Below are positions 38,001 to 50,500 of a DNA stretch of 64,000 nucleotides, piece by piece (the first letter of the stretch is position 1; each line of letters starts with the position of its first letter). The DNA is taken from positions 54,551 through 118,550 of IMG/VR virus record IMGVR_UViG_3300023184_000028; one strand, 5' to 3'. Both the position numbers and the translations under genes were made by a program. Under the pieces are notes generated by a model. The model was not told where the DNA came from. It saw only the letters and a list, made by a program, of their open reading frames with translations, and did no database searches. This stretch comes from a virus (Duplodnaviria > Heunggongvirae > Uroviricota > Caudoviricetes).

Positions 38001-39256
38001 ATAAAAATAAACCAGTAACAACTGATATTAAGGAATCCCCTATATCTCCTGTGGTTGATTTAAGTAAGATATCTGATAATTTAAAAACATTATTAACTGA
38101 AAAAACAATAACACCTGTATCCCCTCCATCACCTGAGCCTACAATAAAATTCACAATGCCTAAAATTGGTGGAGAGGATGAAACATCATTAATTTCTGAA
38201 ATAATAAGAAATGAAAATAATATTATAAATGAGGTAAAAGATTTGAGAACGCCAATGGCGTTACCGGAGGAACCTAAAAAAGAGAAAACGGCACCTGTTT
38301 TTAATATATTAAAACAAACTGAAAAACCTTACGATATTAAGGTACCTTTAAGACCAAAAGAACAATCAATTGAAAAAGAAATTAAAACGGTTGATACTGA
38401 ACAATCTAAAATCTTAAAATTTGAAAATGACTTTTTAGGTAATTTTAATAAAATGAATGAAACTTTGGATAAAGGTTTTAACTCTCAAGTTTCTTCTGCG
38501 GATTTAAGTAATAAAAATATTGAAAAAGATGGTGAAATTAAAACGCAGATATTATCAGCAAATGTGAAATTGAGTGATGATTTTACTAAAGGAATTTCTA
38601 ATATTACTAATATAGATAATAATCAAGTTAATCAAACACCAACTACTGAGTTAAAAATGACCGATGAGATTAAAAATCTATTAGGTAAAAATCAGTCTCA
38701 AACATTTGTTGAAAAACTAACTACTGTACCTCCAATATTAAATCCAACTATCAAATTACCTGATTATTTAAATAATGTTAAACCTGAGGGAGAAACGTCA
38801 ATAAAAGTAAAGGAAGATATTATTTCAACAACTAAAAAAACAACTGAACTTTTTAATGATATAAATAAAATATATAATCCAAGTTCATTAATTGCTAATT
38901 TAAATGAAAGTAATAAAGGATTATATAGTACTATTAATAAAGTTATTACACCTGTTAATGAAGGAAGCGTTACTAACGTTAAACCACCTGTAACTACTAC
39001 ACCAATATCTAATGTTATACCACCAGCAATTACAAATGTGTCTAATGTTACTAGAACTGAAACGGTAACCAAAGATGTAAATCATAAATTTGATGATATA
39101 AAGGGAGATATAACTATAAATGTACCTAATATGCCAAATTTAGAAGCCGCATTAAATAATCCTCAATTTATTGGAGACTTACAAAGAAAAATTGTTAATC
39201 ATGTTATAAATCAAAAAATATTAGAAGGGGCCGGTAACTATAGTTATAATGTTTAA
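35078..39256 (+). CDS. Tape measure protein with a long low-complexity C-terminal half
   Basis: Helical Ala/Leu/Lys/Glu-rich N-terminal ~550 aa directly after the tube and chaperone genes, followed by Pro/Thr-rich repeats. Confidence 0.75.
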   Translation: MLEGKKTDTTSSEVKEALPIFGDFDLGKVADGLNPVNAAFRILNSNVNVLSESFQTKLVESINKMETAVTSLAMKFGGNREMVGEIEKSLSLARSSVVSLGGTLDDVVNIQAGVIKGLQTQTILDKESYGDLYAIGNLINDGAKTTAESTANLVKQFSDAGYGLYNISKEMGTIISNAREIGVATSAVYKQLSDNIGVVSLYNFENGVQGMAKMATEAAGLRLNMADVLKVADKVFNPEDAIQMAADMQRLGVNVTSLLDPYKLMDMGRNHPEELQKSMEEMLGSLTYFDEKQQAIRILPNEQGRLRKIAEAMGMGAKEAAQMAVNFADMDRKMSKIKFSSDFATEEDKQLVAHMAQIGEKGTQFEGKYVVNLLDESGEPTLKAVEELTKADKERLKKMEGDKGKSPTELQIEANNYLSNINNSLKAREGVVPTAMAASTSFQKIQKGIYERVDPVIKGVGAAYGMVENKKGYIDVKPAISKAEKVAENTLGGFVNALQNGETDTKKIFNNLKGSFNDLVTDFGNASKKIAEFSNRISEEGVKSGKYSETHKYDDLVNSITNMVTTVTNKFGVILSNSNTTPNTTVVTNSNYTPTTNPNYPITPSSSQPAPPPSSTITIPPASNTLPVINANYPVSSQPAPPPSSTITIPPASNTLPVTNANYQIPSQPTTNTPPLIQRITTPQTNNVGVAPTTNNSLSTQQQSLTNLSKLFKEIDDNINNLSTSKIQQSSIPSTSIDWVSIISTGSALGFGNALSKFENPGTIKMTLYGDKAGLGLQISNSVGKMENTIGNAITESQKSNTNVVTKTEVKKEESSTQKNTISVPTSYTTPNELKGAVQKPFIGPIQPEKTSVITATPPPTPEPIINVVKPKIGGEDETSLISEIVRNENNIINEVKDWKTPMVLPEETKKETNMFLLPSTTEKPYDVNTPLKPKEEEKEKTITPTETKTIETKPTTDIFGSSNKLTDSIVNFLNKNKPVTTDIKESPISPVVDLSKISDNLKTLLTEKTITPVSPPSPEPTIKFTMPKIGGEDETSLISEIIRNENNIINEVKDLRTPMALPEEPKKEKTAPVFNILKQTEKPYDIKVPLRPKEQSIEKEIKTVDTEQSKILKFENDFLGNFNKMNETLDKGFNSQVSSADLSNKNIEKDGEIKTQILSANVKLSDDFTKGISNITNIDNNQVNQTPTTELKMTDEIKNLLGKNQSQTFVEKLTTVPPILNPTIKLPDYLNNVKPEGETSIKVKEDIISTTKKTTELFNDINKIYNPSSLIANLNESNKGLYSTINKVITPVNEGSVTNVKPPVTTTPISNVIPPAITNVSNVTRTETVTKDVNHKFDDIKGDITINVPNMPNLEAALNNPQFIGDLQRKIVNHVINQKILEGAGNYSYNV
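36892..37067 (+). repeat. 90-bp in-frame tandem duplication in the tape measure gene
   Basis: 36892-36961 is identical to 36982-37051 (SSQPAPPPSSTITIPPASNTLPV twice). Confidence 0.9.
37650..38365 (+). repeat. Diverged ~80-codon duplication in the tape measure gene, 471 bp apart
   Basis: PKIGGEDETSLISEI(V/I)RNENNIINEVKD...EKPYD...PL(K/R)PKE occurs twice (AAAATTGG at 37691 and 38162). Confidence 0.85.
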
Positions 39257-39295
39257 AAAACAATTAACAATCTATTTATTATAAAAGAATTATAA

Positions 39296-42200
39296 ATGCC
39301 AAGTAGTTTAGATTTTTCATCAACCGAAGCTTTTAGGAATAGATGTCTCACTAAGAATTTATCCCCTTATACAGTACCTGGCGTCTATGCACCACCATCT
39401 ATAACAAATATAGTACAAGAGATAGTACAAACAGTTTCATCTGTTATTGACTCACCTGATAACCTTATAGCAAATGACCCATTTGCAGATGTTTTATATC
39501 CATTAAATCTTTATGGCCCTGATGGTGGGTATGATAAAAATATTAATGTTGGCGGATTGAGTAATACTCGGTCTAACGCTGGTCCATATGACTATAGTGA
39601 TGCTAAATTACCAAGATTAAGTCTAAATACCGAAAGTTTAATACCGTCTTTAAATAAATACGGTTCTTTAACACCAACAGATTTAATATCCATTAATAAT
39701 ATTCAATCTGTACCTACGTTTGTACAATACTCAGACCCACTAAGTTTTATACCATCAACATATACGCCTTATGAAATTTTATTAAATAATGATAACGCTG
39801 TTGGTGATAATGGTAGTTTATCTCAAGATTCATATATTGCTCAATTAGGTGCAAAACAACTTAAAAAAGATTTTGAAGATAGAATTGCTAGAGAGATTTA
39901 TAGAAATTCGGTAGGTAGAGTTAATTTATTAAATGCCGTTGGTAATCCATTACAGGCAATACAAATTTTACAAGGAAAGACACCTTTAATTGAAAAAAAT
40001 TGGACTATCTCAAGACCAAGTAATTATATTTTTAGAGCAGCTGATTTTATTGCCAGATTGGGGGGAGCTTATTATCCTGCATCTGTAATACCCGGTGATT
40101 ATTTTACGGCCGACGACCATAATTTAAGTTTATTTGGGCAGATATCAAAAGCATTCAATGGAGGGAAAGACCCAAGATTATCATATGATGATGAGGGAAA
40201 TCCTAAAGGAAGTAGCAGTACAAGTAAATTAATAGGTAGATTTTATTCAAGACCATCACCGTCTCAATTATTTCTTGATAATACAGGTCAAGGACAAAAA
40301 TCACAATTATATTATAATTTAGGATTTAATAGATATGCTCCTGATTATAATAAATCTATTTTTGGTGAGATTAGGGATAAAATTAATCAATCAATAGACA
40401 ACCCAACTAAAGGGGGTTACTATGTTGGTACAAAACAATTAGACGCTTCTTATATTAATTCACCAGCTGGTGATGTGCCTATTGACCCTTGGGGTAGAGA
40501 AATGCAATCATCGGTTTATGGTCCTGACAAATTATATAAAACATTTGAAGGTAATCTTATTGATGATAACTATAAAATTGGTTTAGGGGGATTGGCTATT
40601 ACAAGTGATGAAGTAAGAGGAGAAACGGGAGGATTAGTTTGGACTTCACCAAAATATAACGTTGTTGGAAAAGAAGCGATGATTGGAGGTGACTTATCTA
40701 AAAATTATACAAGAAATAATTTCTCATCAAAAATAACATCAATTTTTTTAACTGATAATTTTACATTTAAACAAGGTTCAATATTAGATAATACACAAAG
40801 AATAGTTGACTCAACACCTAGAAGTACTAGAAGATTTTCACATGCGGGTAACGCAATTAATCAATTGAGTAAAGTATTTCATGATGGGTATAAAGAAATA
40901 ACTAAAGGTTCAAAAATTCAAGGGTATATTAATCCTGCAAAATCAGTATATAGTGGTACTAATGTTTATTGTAGAGTATTTGCTAAAGACACCCCTTATT
41001 ATCAGTATTCCGATTTACAAAAAACTGATGGTAATATAAGAAAATATACATATTCTGTTTTAGATAATACATTCAATCTTAATATTGCACCAACTAAAGG
41101 ACCTGGGTCAACAAATATCGTTGATGGTAAAGTTAAAAAATATATGTTTTCTTTAGAAAATTTGGCATGGGCGAGCTCAAAAAGAAGTGGGGTTTCAGTT
41201 TCAGATTTACCGGCTTGTGAAGTAGGACCTAATGGGGGTCGTATTATGTGGTTCCCACCATATGATATTAGTTTTAGTGAAACTGTATCACCAACATTTA
41301 AAGGACAAGATTTTCTTGGAAGACCCGAACCTGTTTATACCTATACAAGCACAAAAAGGTCAGGACAATTAAGTTGGAAAATAATTGTTGACCACCCATC
41401 AATATTAAATGTTATTGCAAATAAGGAATTACAAAACAATCCAAATGCGGATAATATCATAGAATCTTTTATTGCGGGATGTTTGAAATATGATATATAT
41501 GAGTTGGCTAGGAGATGGAATCAAATTAGTCCAAACGAATTATTTGTATTACAAGAAACTATCAAAAAGAACAATCCGAAAGTAGAATATGTTGCTGCGG
41601 TTGCTGGAGACCTACCAACTACTAAAGATGTTACAAATACTATAGTTACACCTATAAGTGTACCTAACTTAAAGAATTATGAAGGATTTGGATATTATTT
41701 TGATAATGATACACCAAATCCCAATACTTATGCGACTACATCCACAAGTAATTGGAATACATTATATAATACCTATATACAAAATATTGATTCATATAGT
41801 GCGAAAGCACCTACTGATAAATTAAAAGATGCGGTAAGAACATTTTTTTATTCTGCAATAACGTATAACTACGAACAAACAAATGCCTTATATAGAGATA
41901 TTGAAAAATATTTTAATGATTTTAAACAAAATCCTGATTCTACCACACAACCATTAGTTACAATTACTTTGGTTGGAAGTGCATCTGCTGTGGCGTCTAA
42001 TCAATATAATGTTAATTTATCTGCAAGAAGAATTAATTCTGTTGTAAATTACTTATCGGGAGATAGTTTCTTATCTCAATACATTCAGAATGGACAATTA
42101 AAAATTGTGAATGGTGGTGCACAAGGTGAGGATTATACGGCAACAACAATGGCTAATTCAGGGTTTCCTGTAGATAGTATTGATTGTACTCAATTATCAA

Positions 42201-44245
42201 AAAATGCAACTTTATTTGAAAAAAGATATTCAGTAAATGCGATGGCTTGTAGAAGAGTAGCAATTTCAGATATAACATATAGTACTCCCGACCCAAAACA
42301 AACTGTTAGTACAACAAAAGAAAATACTAGTCCTGGAAAACAAGGGACTCCCGAATATTGGACTTCCACACCACAACCTGATACAATAACAACCCAACAA
42401 AGAATTAAAGAAGGTATTAGTAAAGAAGTTTTAAGAAAATTATTATCTGAATGTGATTATTTTGAAGTATTAAAAGAAAATGACAGTATGATTTATAGTA
42501 AATTACAAGATAAATTAAAATTTTTTAATCCTGCATTTCATTCTATAACACCTGAAGGATTAAATTCTAGACTAACATTTTTACAACAATGTATGAGACC
42601 TGGAGATACAATACCATCAAAAGACAAAGATGGTAAGGATGTTTATAATGATGCTAGAAATACAGCCTTTGGTGCCCCTCCTGTGTTAGTGTTAAGAATT
42701 GGGGATTTTTACAATACTAAGATTATACCACAAAGTATGAATATCACATATGACCCATTGTTATTGGATATGAATCCTGAAGGTATTGGGGTTCAACCAA
42801 TGATTGCAAAAATTAGTTTAAATTTTGAAATAATAGGTGGTGAGGGATTAAAAGGTCCTATTGATAAATTACAAAATGCTTTGTCATTTAATTATTATGC
42901 AAATACAGAAATGTATGATGAGAGGGCAGATGCTACAGACGATTCTTATCAACAGATAGATAATGATTTAGTTAAAGCGATTTTAGATAATTCTGATTAT
43001 GTTGTTGGTATTAATAACTTAAATAACGAACTTGAAAATGAGGGAGGAAATACTATAGGTATTATACAAGAAAGATTTGTAGATAATACGGGTATCAGTG
43101 GAACCACGACGTATCAGAAAATAATGGATTCCTATTATGATGCGGGGCAATCATACTTAAATTCGTTTTTTAATAAATCAAAAGAAATTATATCTCAATA
43201 TAACATACCATTATTTACTCTTTTTTCTTTAGAAAGAAAATATTCACAAGGTAATGCTAGAGAATTTACATCACCATTTACTATGTTTATATATGGTAAG
43301 CCCGATAACGTACAACAAAATATTAACGATTTATTTGATAATATTATTGATGATATACAAAGAGTTAATAGTAAAACTGATGACGGAAATAGATTTATTG
43401 CGACCTTATTTAGATATAACTTTCCAAAGAAAAAAGTTATTAATGTTATTAAAACTAATTTAATTAATGAAGTTAATTCTGCAAAAGAAAAATTAATTAC
43501 TTCATTAAGTCAAGTAATTCAAGAATTGGTACAAAATCAACAAAATCTTGTAGGTGTTATGGCTAAATTGGATTTAGTTGATACACTAACAGATGGTTAT
43601 ATTAAATCTAACCAAAGCGCTCAAATATTTAATTTAACGGCAACAACCGAAGTACAAACAGGTTCTAATGCTGCCAACACTTACGATGAATTAGTTAATG
43701 ATTATAGTTCAGGTAGTACAAAATTATTTACATTCTACGTTAATTATTTAACAAACAATTTAATTAAGTATGGTTTTGATTTTGATGATATTAATCTTGT
43801 TTATAATCCTGATTTTATTTATCCTAATTGTGATGTTTGTACAAATTCTGAGAAAAGATTTTTTACAGGAATGAGTAATATACTTTTAAATGAAACAAGT
43901 TATAATTCTTTTAGGAGTCATGTCATTACCAGTGATATTGCTAATGAAAATTATAATGGATTTACTCCCTTAACGGTCTTTGATTTATTTTATTCAGGAA
44001 GAAAAATCGTTTATGATACTGAATATAAGTTAGAACAAGATTTCTTTTTGAATAAAATTGAAACTGAATATAATAAAAATTATAAAGAATGGAATGCTTT
44101 TGTTAAAGGAAAGACAAGGAAGTTTTTATTCACAAACTATGTTGGAGGCACTCCAGTACAAGAAGAAAGGTTAAAAAATCTATATAAAGATGGTAATTCT
44201 AATACCAATAATAACGTTTTCAACGGTAAAACTAAATTTAACTAA
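39296..44245 (+). CDS. Large baseplate hub / tube-initiator-like protein with an internal OmpA-like domain
   Basis: WFPPYDISFSE...GRPEPVYTY and PPVLVLRIGDF tube-initiator-like segments flank ITLVGSAS...YNVNLSARRINSV...GE...RRVAI. Confidence 0.6.
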   Translation: MPSSLDFSSTEAFRNRCLTKNLSPYTVPGVYAPPSITNIVQEIVQTVSSVIDSPDNLIANDPFADVLYPLNLYGPDGGYDKNINVGGLSNTRSNAGPYDYSDAKLPRLSLNTESLIPSLNKYGSLTPTDLISINNIQSVPTFVQYSDPLSFIPSTYTPYEILLNNDNAVGDNGSLSQDSYIAQLGAKQLKKDFEDRIAREIYRNSVGRVNLLNAVGNPLQAIQILQGKTPLIEKNWTISRPSNYIFRAADFIARLGGAYYPASVIPGDYFTADDHNLSLFGQISKAFNGGKDPRLSYDDEGNPKGSSSTSKLIGRFYSRPSPSQLFLDNTGQGQKSQLYYNLGFNRYAPDYNKSIFGEIRDKINQSIDNPTKGGYYVGTKQLDASYINSPAGDVPIDPWGREMQSSVYGPDKLYKTFEGNLIDDNYKIGLGGLAITSDEVRGETGGLVWTSPKYNVVGKEAMIGGDLSKNYTRNNFSSKITSIFLTDNFTFKQGSILDNTQRIVDSTPRSTRRFSHAGNAINQLSKVFHDGYKEITKGSKIQGYINPAKSVYSGTNVYCRVFAKDTPYYQYSDLQKTDGNIRKYTYSVLDNTFNLNIAPTKGPGSTNIVDGKVKKYMFSLENLAWASSKRSGVSVSDLPACEVGPNGGRIMWFPPYDISFSETVSPTFKGQDFLGRPEPVYTYTSTKRSGQLSWKIIVDHPSILNVIANKELQNNPNADNIIESFIAGCLKYDIYELARRWNQISPNELFVLQETIKKNNPKVEYVAAVAGDLPTTKDVTNTIVTPISVPNLKNYEGFGYYFDNDTPNPNTYATTSTSNWNTLYNTYIQNIDSYSAKAPTDKLKDAVRTFFYSAITYNYEQTNALYRDIEKYFNDFKQNPDSTTQPLVTITLVGSASAVASNQYNVNLSARRINSVVNYLSGDSFLSQYIQNGQLKIVNGGAQGEDYTATTMANSGFPVDSIDCTQLSKNATLFEKRYSVNAMACRRVAISDITYSTPDPKQTVSTTKENTSPGKQGTPEYWTSTPQPDTITTQQRIKEGISKEVLRKLLSECDYFEVLKENDSMIYSKLQDKLKFFNPAFHSITPEGLNSRLTFLQQCMRPGDTIPSKDKDGKDVYNDARNTAFGAPPVLVLRIGDFYNTKIIPQSMNITYDPLLLDMNPEGIGVQPMIAKISLNFEIIGGEGLKGPIDKLQNALSFNYYANTEMYDERADATDDSYQQIDNDLVKAILDNSDYVVGINNLNNELENEGGNTIGIIQERFVDNTGISGTTTYQKIMDSYYDAGQSYLNSFFNKSKEIISQYNIPLFTLFSLERKYSQGNAREFTSPFTMFIYGKPDNVQQNINDLFDNIIDDIQRVNSKTDDGNRFIATLFRYNFPKKKVINVIKTNLINEVNSAKEKLITSLSQVIQELVQNQQNLVGVMAKLDLVDTLTDGYIKSNQSAQIFNLTATTEVQTGSNAANTYDELVNDYSSGSTKLFTFYVNYLTNNLIKYGFDFDDINLVYNPDFIYPNCDVCTNSEKRFFTGMSNILLNETSYNSFRSHVITSDIANENYNGFTPLTVFDLFYSGRKIVYDTEYKLEQDFFLNKIETEYNKNYKEWNAFVKGKTRKFLFTNYVGGTPVQEERLKNLYKDGNSNTNNNVFNGKTKFN

Positions 44246-44568
44246 TGAGTAATTTATATTTTAATAGATACGTTAATTTTGTAATTAATGGGGAACAAAC
44301 AGTTGTACCGTTTGCTAAGGTACCTGGTAAACCATCGGACAAAAAATATTTTTATAAAAAAAATGTTAGTCGTCTTGATAAAATTAGTCAAGAATATTAT
44401 GGTAGTCCTTATTTTGGTTGGTTAATATTATTGGCAAATCCTGAATATGGTGGGTTAGAATGGAACATACCTGATGGTGGTTTATTAATTGTACCCTTTC
44501 CATTAACTTCCTCAATCCAAGATTATGAGGCAAATTTAAAAAATTATTTTTTCTATTATGGTAGATAA
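44245..44568 (+). CDS. Baseplate LysM-like / gp53-like protein
   Basis: RLDKISQEYYGSPYFGWLILLANP...IPDGGLLIVP. Confidence 0.7.
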   Translation: MSNLYFNRYVNFVINGEQTVVPFAKVPGKPSDKKYFYKKNVSRLDKISQEYYGSPYFGWLILLANPEYGGLEWNIPDGGLLIVPFPLTSSIQDYEANLKNYFFYYGR

Positions 44569-47500
44569 TGACGATAATGTTTATGTTGAGTTAGATTACG
44601 ATAATATTGTTTTGGTTGACCCAAATAAAGTTATTAGTAGTGACGGAGTTGTCAGTGAAAGATTGGTTAAACATGAAAATCTTGTAATGTATGCTAATTT
44701 AGAAGCGTCTTTAATACCAAGAACAAGATTAAATTTTAATAATCAAGGTAATTTTGAGAATCAAAAAATATCAATTGCTACAATAAATTTTTTAAAACCA
44801 GGAAATAAGTCTTATTTAACAAATGAGTATACAAACTCATTAACGGGAATTAAGATTGATAATACTGTAGAAAAGAATCAAACTTTTGTTAGCCAAGATA
44901 ATACTAATATTGTTGATAGTGAATTATTGTTAATTAGTTCAATAAATATTGAATTAAAACAGGCAGGAATTGCAACAGTATCTATTGAAATGGATGACAT
45001 TAGAGGGAGAGCATTATTTGAACAAGGTGAAAATTCACCGTACGCGGCTTTTTTTAATTACCCATATCCTATATTTCATTTAACGGTAAAAGGATATTTT
45101 GGTAAAGCGATTACTTATCAGTTATTTTTGAGGTCATTTAATGCAAGATTTGATACTGAGTCAGGTAATTTTAAAGTTTCTCTTATTTTATTACCATATA
45201 CTTTTAATGTTTTGACTAACATACCTATTAGAGACTTATTTTCAGTTCCCTATATGTATGCGAAACAATACACGGTCAATCAAACTAATGATAGTTCTGC
45301 GCAATCTTCAAGTATAACTGCAGGTAACACAACTAAAAGTGATGTTATTAATATTAATACTTCAAAAGGTAAACAAAAAATACATGAAGTTTATTCAGAA
45401 TATAAAGCTAAAGGATTAATTGATGATGATTTCCCTGAATTAACCGTACAAGAACTTGTAACTAGATTAGAAAATATTGAAGCGTATATTACACATACAT
45501 TTAGTGATGGTGATTTATCTATAATAACAGATGCGGATAACTATTCCAATACTTTGGATGATTATAAAAAACAAGTTTATGGGTATCTTTCAGAATCATG
45601 GTTTGGGAAATATATTGATAGTAGTAATTTTTATATTAGTACGAATAATATAAAAGTATACACCTTTAAAAAAGAAGTGTTTGAAAAAAGTGAGGTTAAG
45701 GCAGTTGAAGACGAGTTAAAAAAAATTATTGAAACAAAAAATTTAGAATTAAAAAATAACCCAACATATGGTGATATTAGTAATCCTATTACATATGATA
45801 AGATATATCTTAAAACATTTTCTAAAAATGATGTAGATGTAAGTAAATCTTATAAACAAAGAACAGGAAAAGACCCAGATGACACCAATAATTCAGTTGA
45901 TTATGAACAATTCCGAAATGATTTAAGTGCTCAATTTAATAATATTATATATATTAACGGAAACCCTGTTCAATATTGGTATTTTTTTGAGGGAGAAAAT
46001 TCATTTGATAATTGTATTACTAATATTAAAAATCTTTTAACAAGTAAATCAGATGAAAAAACAAACTTATTAAGTGAAAAATTATCAAGTAGATTAGAAG
46101 ATAAAAAAGAAGGTTTGGGATTTAAACCATTATTAATAAATGTAATTGCGGTTATACTTGCAAGTAGTGAGGCGTTTTTAAGATTGTTATCTGATGTTCA
46201 CAATCAAGCGTGGAATGTTAGAGAAGACCCTAATAGAAGAGGAGCGATTTTAGACTCCAATAAAAGTGTGATATCTACAGATTCAAAAGATTCAGTTCAA
46301 AAAGATGGGAGTAATTTAATACCGGTTTATCCTTGGCCACAATTTTTCGTTCAAAGGAATGGAGGGAATGATGAACCATTTGCTTTGGCGTACCCTGGAG
46401 ACCCTAGGTATATTCAACAAACAAAAGGTTTTATGTATAACATTTGGCCTGAAATAGAATTTGTTGAAGAATTTATAAAGGCAAGAACAATTAACACAAG
46501 TTATACTCAAAATTTAGGACAATCGGTAAACTCCGCTCAAGTTACTAACAGAGTTTCAATAAATGCATTAGATTTCCCAACAGATAATATTATTTATTCA
46601 AACAAACAAACCGTTAGATTTTTATACGAAATTTGGGAGAGAATTTATTTATATTCAAATTATCAAAGATTAATGAGACCTGGTACTGAAAATAGTATTA
46701 GTAATCTTGTTGGTGAGACCGAAGCAATTAATATAAAAAATTCTTTGTCTCAAGACTCGCCTGATTTAATAAAAACACTTAAAGAATTTGGTTTTAACTC
46801 TAATAATTTTATTAGCACTATGAAGAATATTTCTTTAGGTGGTGTGGGAGAAAGTTGGCAAAAATATATAAGAGATATTTTTGTAACACCCTATATTCAG
46901 TCTGAAGTTGATAATAGTTTTAGTATTTTAGATAAAACATACATTACTCCTGGTGTAAATATCGTTTCACCCGAACCAACACAGATGAATAAATTAAAAG
47001 ATTATTTATCTACACAAAATAGTAATACTACTGATATAACCGACACAATACCTTTTAGTGGTATAACCGATTGGTTTAAAACCAATTTGGCTGATGGTAA
47101 AACTTCATCACCTACTGACATGTATAACACAACAAAAACTTTGTTGGTAAACGACGATAAAAAAATGATTGCAAATTTTGCACCACAAACTAGCGTAAAA
47201 GAAACAAGACCAATAACTAATTTTAATTTTTATAGTGTTACTAAACCAGAACCCAATCCTACTAATTTAAAACAATTTTATTTAGATAGAATTAACGATA
47301 ATGTTAAAAACCAATTACCAACAGAAGGAAGTTTATTTTTTAAAACATATAGTGGTAATGTTTTAGATGTTCAAACAACATCAATATTAAATACACCATA
47401 TTTTGTAAATTCAATACAACAAGGGGTTAATAATTGGTTATCAGGTAATTCTTTTCCATACGCGAGTTCTGCGTTTTTATTTTTACAAAGCTTACCATTA

Positions 47501-50500
47501 GCAACTTTAAGAGAAAAATATAAAACATATGATGGTACGTCTTCATTAGACTTAGATTACATTTTTGCAACATTTAAGAAATTTGGTGCCATTCATAAAA
47601 TACCGTATGCTTGGGTCTTAAAATATGGAAGTATTTGGTATCGGTATAAGACGTTTGTTAATACAGGAATTGATATTTTACAAAACGTATTTAAAGATTT
47701 TGATTATGTTAAAAATTTTGACCCAATAACTCAAAATTTAAATAAATCGTATAATTTAAATATAAATGGAACAACCCAGTTAGTTCCGTTAGAAACTTCA
47801 ACAACTGTTGGTAGTATTAATTTAACACAAATTAATTTGGGATTTTATCCTAAATTAATCAATGATTTTAATGTTTTTTTTAGAGGTTATAATTTATTTG
47901 ATGGTTATACTGATACAGATATTCAAAATAAATTAAATACTAACAGTGGATTTACCTTAGTGTTTAATACAAATTCATTATCATCTTTTGATAAAAATTT
48001 GTCTACTAATCAATCTTTAAGGTTAAAGACGTGGAGTTGTACTATACAGGATTCTAGAAAACAAAAAGACTATGTGGTACCGTCATTTGGTAGTAATTTT
48101 AATCAGACATTAAATGAATGTTTTGACAACAATGGTAATGTTTTAATAAACATTCCATCAAATCCTGCGGTATTTAACGGCTCAGTTAGAACATTTTGGT
48201 CTTTACCTAACTATGGGTATTTTGACAATTCAAATTTAACAATACCATCACCGACAAAATACATGAAAAAAATATATTCAGGTATGTCAGAACAAGAATC
48301 ATTTTCAATCAGAGGAATAGACAATGATTATACTAATATAGAGGAAATATTTTCTACATTTGAAAAATCAATTTTAGATGTTATGGAGGATGAGTTTTTG
48401 AAATTTTCAAAATCAATGTATGACTATGAAGTTAATCAAAACGTTAATAACACAATGACTAAAGTTATAATAGACAAACTTCCTAAAGATGTTGATGCTA
48501 AAAATAAAAACTTTCAAGCATTGATGATTAATTTATTAACGATTAATCAAGTAAAATCTTATTCGTCCTCAGATGATTTTAATACTCAAGTCCAAACAAG
48601 TCAATTTAGTAATGCGTTGAATGTGATTCAAAATTTTTTAGAATATGATGTTGTATTAAAATATGGTAATCCATCAGGGTACGATAGAAAATTATTTGAT
48701 AGTTATTCAACTGTTAATCAAATTGAGGATAAAATAACTTTCAACCCATATGTTATTGGTACCCTACCAAGTAGTACTACATCATCAATCCCTTTAAGTT
48801 CTTTTATAAGTTCAAATATCCAAGCGTGGAATAACTTATCTTTATATGTTGGATTTTCAGATGAAGATGGTGTTAAATATACAAATACGGGTTCAACAAT
48901 TACCGATTTTTTTATTGATATGAATATTGAATTTACACCAGATTCGGTTAAAATATTAGCACCAATTATAAAAATATATTCAACACAAAAGAAGATTGAC
49001 CCAACATTTAATAAAACTAAATTTACTGCAGCAATAAATCAATTTTTATTAAATAATAAAAAATTTAGCGATTTAGTTTTTAATTCGTTATTTACACAAT
49101 TACAAAAAACATTACCAACAATAACGGAACAACCTCAAAAACCTACTGATAGGGCGGTTCAATCAGAGCAACTTCAATATACTTTATGGGATTCATTTAA
49201 AGGATTAAATGACAGATGGATTTCGGGGTATGAATTTTCACAAAAAACAATGTTAGATGATTTTTTATTTTTGGATAGAGCTAGTAGAAATATAAGAAAT
49301 AAAATTTTTATTGACCCATATGTTGTAAGAAAATATTTAAGTTTAAATAGTCTTAGTGAGGGGGCTACTGTACTTGGAGTATTAGGCTCAATTATTACTG
49401 AACATAATTTTTACGTATCAATGCAACCTGCTTTTGTTAATTTTTATAATGTTAATGAAGTTAAGAAAAATGCGACACCTCAAAGCGAGCCAATTTTGGC
49501 GTTTGGTAATAATTTATTTGGAACATTTTTAAATGTGGATACTAGAGAATCGTCACCAAAAATGGTGTGTATGTATACAAGTATAGGAAGTCAACATACT
49601 GATACATCTAAAAATGAAATGAATAGATATAATTCAGACTCATTTCATTTTGAAAGACCAAGTACTGTTCCATTAAGAGAAACATATGATAGTAATACAA
49701 ATTGGGGTCAAGTTAACAAAGTAGTTGGATTTAATGTTGATATTGGAATAAGAAATCAAAATATTTTTTATCATTTTAATGTATCTCAAGATATGGGCAA
49801 AGAAACTGATGAATCCTTAAAAAATCTTGATTACACAATTAATCAAGTTAACGGTAAAAAAGGTTCTACTCAAAATGCTGGATTATGGGATTTTTATAAG
49901 TCAAGGTCATACACATCACAGGTTAGATGTATGGGTAATGCTATGATACAACCTACGATGTATTTTAATTTAAGACATGTTCCTATGTTTTACGGACCAT
50001 ACATGATAACTGAGGTTAAACATACTATCTCACCTGGAAGTTTTGAAACAACATTTGGGGGTGTTAGACAAAGTGTTTTTAGTTTTGATGACAATATAAA
50101 TTATATGCAAATTCTAACTAAAAAAATTTTGACGGAATTTGCAGAAAAATTAAAAACAAAAACACAAACAACAGGGACTATTAATACAATTAATAACAAA
50201 AGTAATACCACTTTAGATAATACGTATGAAATTGATATCTCAAGTAATTGTTCTAAATATTTATCTGGTATTAAGTCTTATGAAAAATACTCACCGGCAA
50301 CACAATCGGCAACAACACTGTCTGTGTCGGATATGGTTAGTGATATTAAAACATACATAAGTGCGACAGGAGGTAATGATGTTATAGCGAGATTATTAAG
50401 TTTTGTTACAGTTTATTTAGGTTCGTATAATGGAAGTGTTTTTAATTGTTGGAATAATAATTATAGTGCAACATTTTTAACATTTTATAATGATAAAGCA

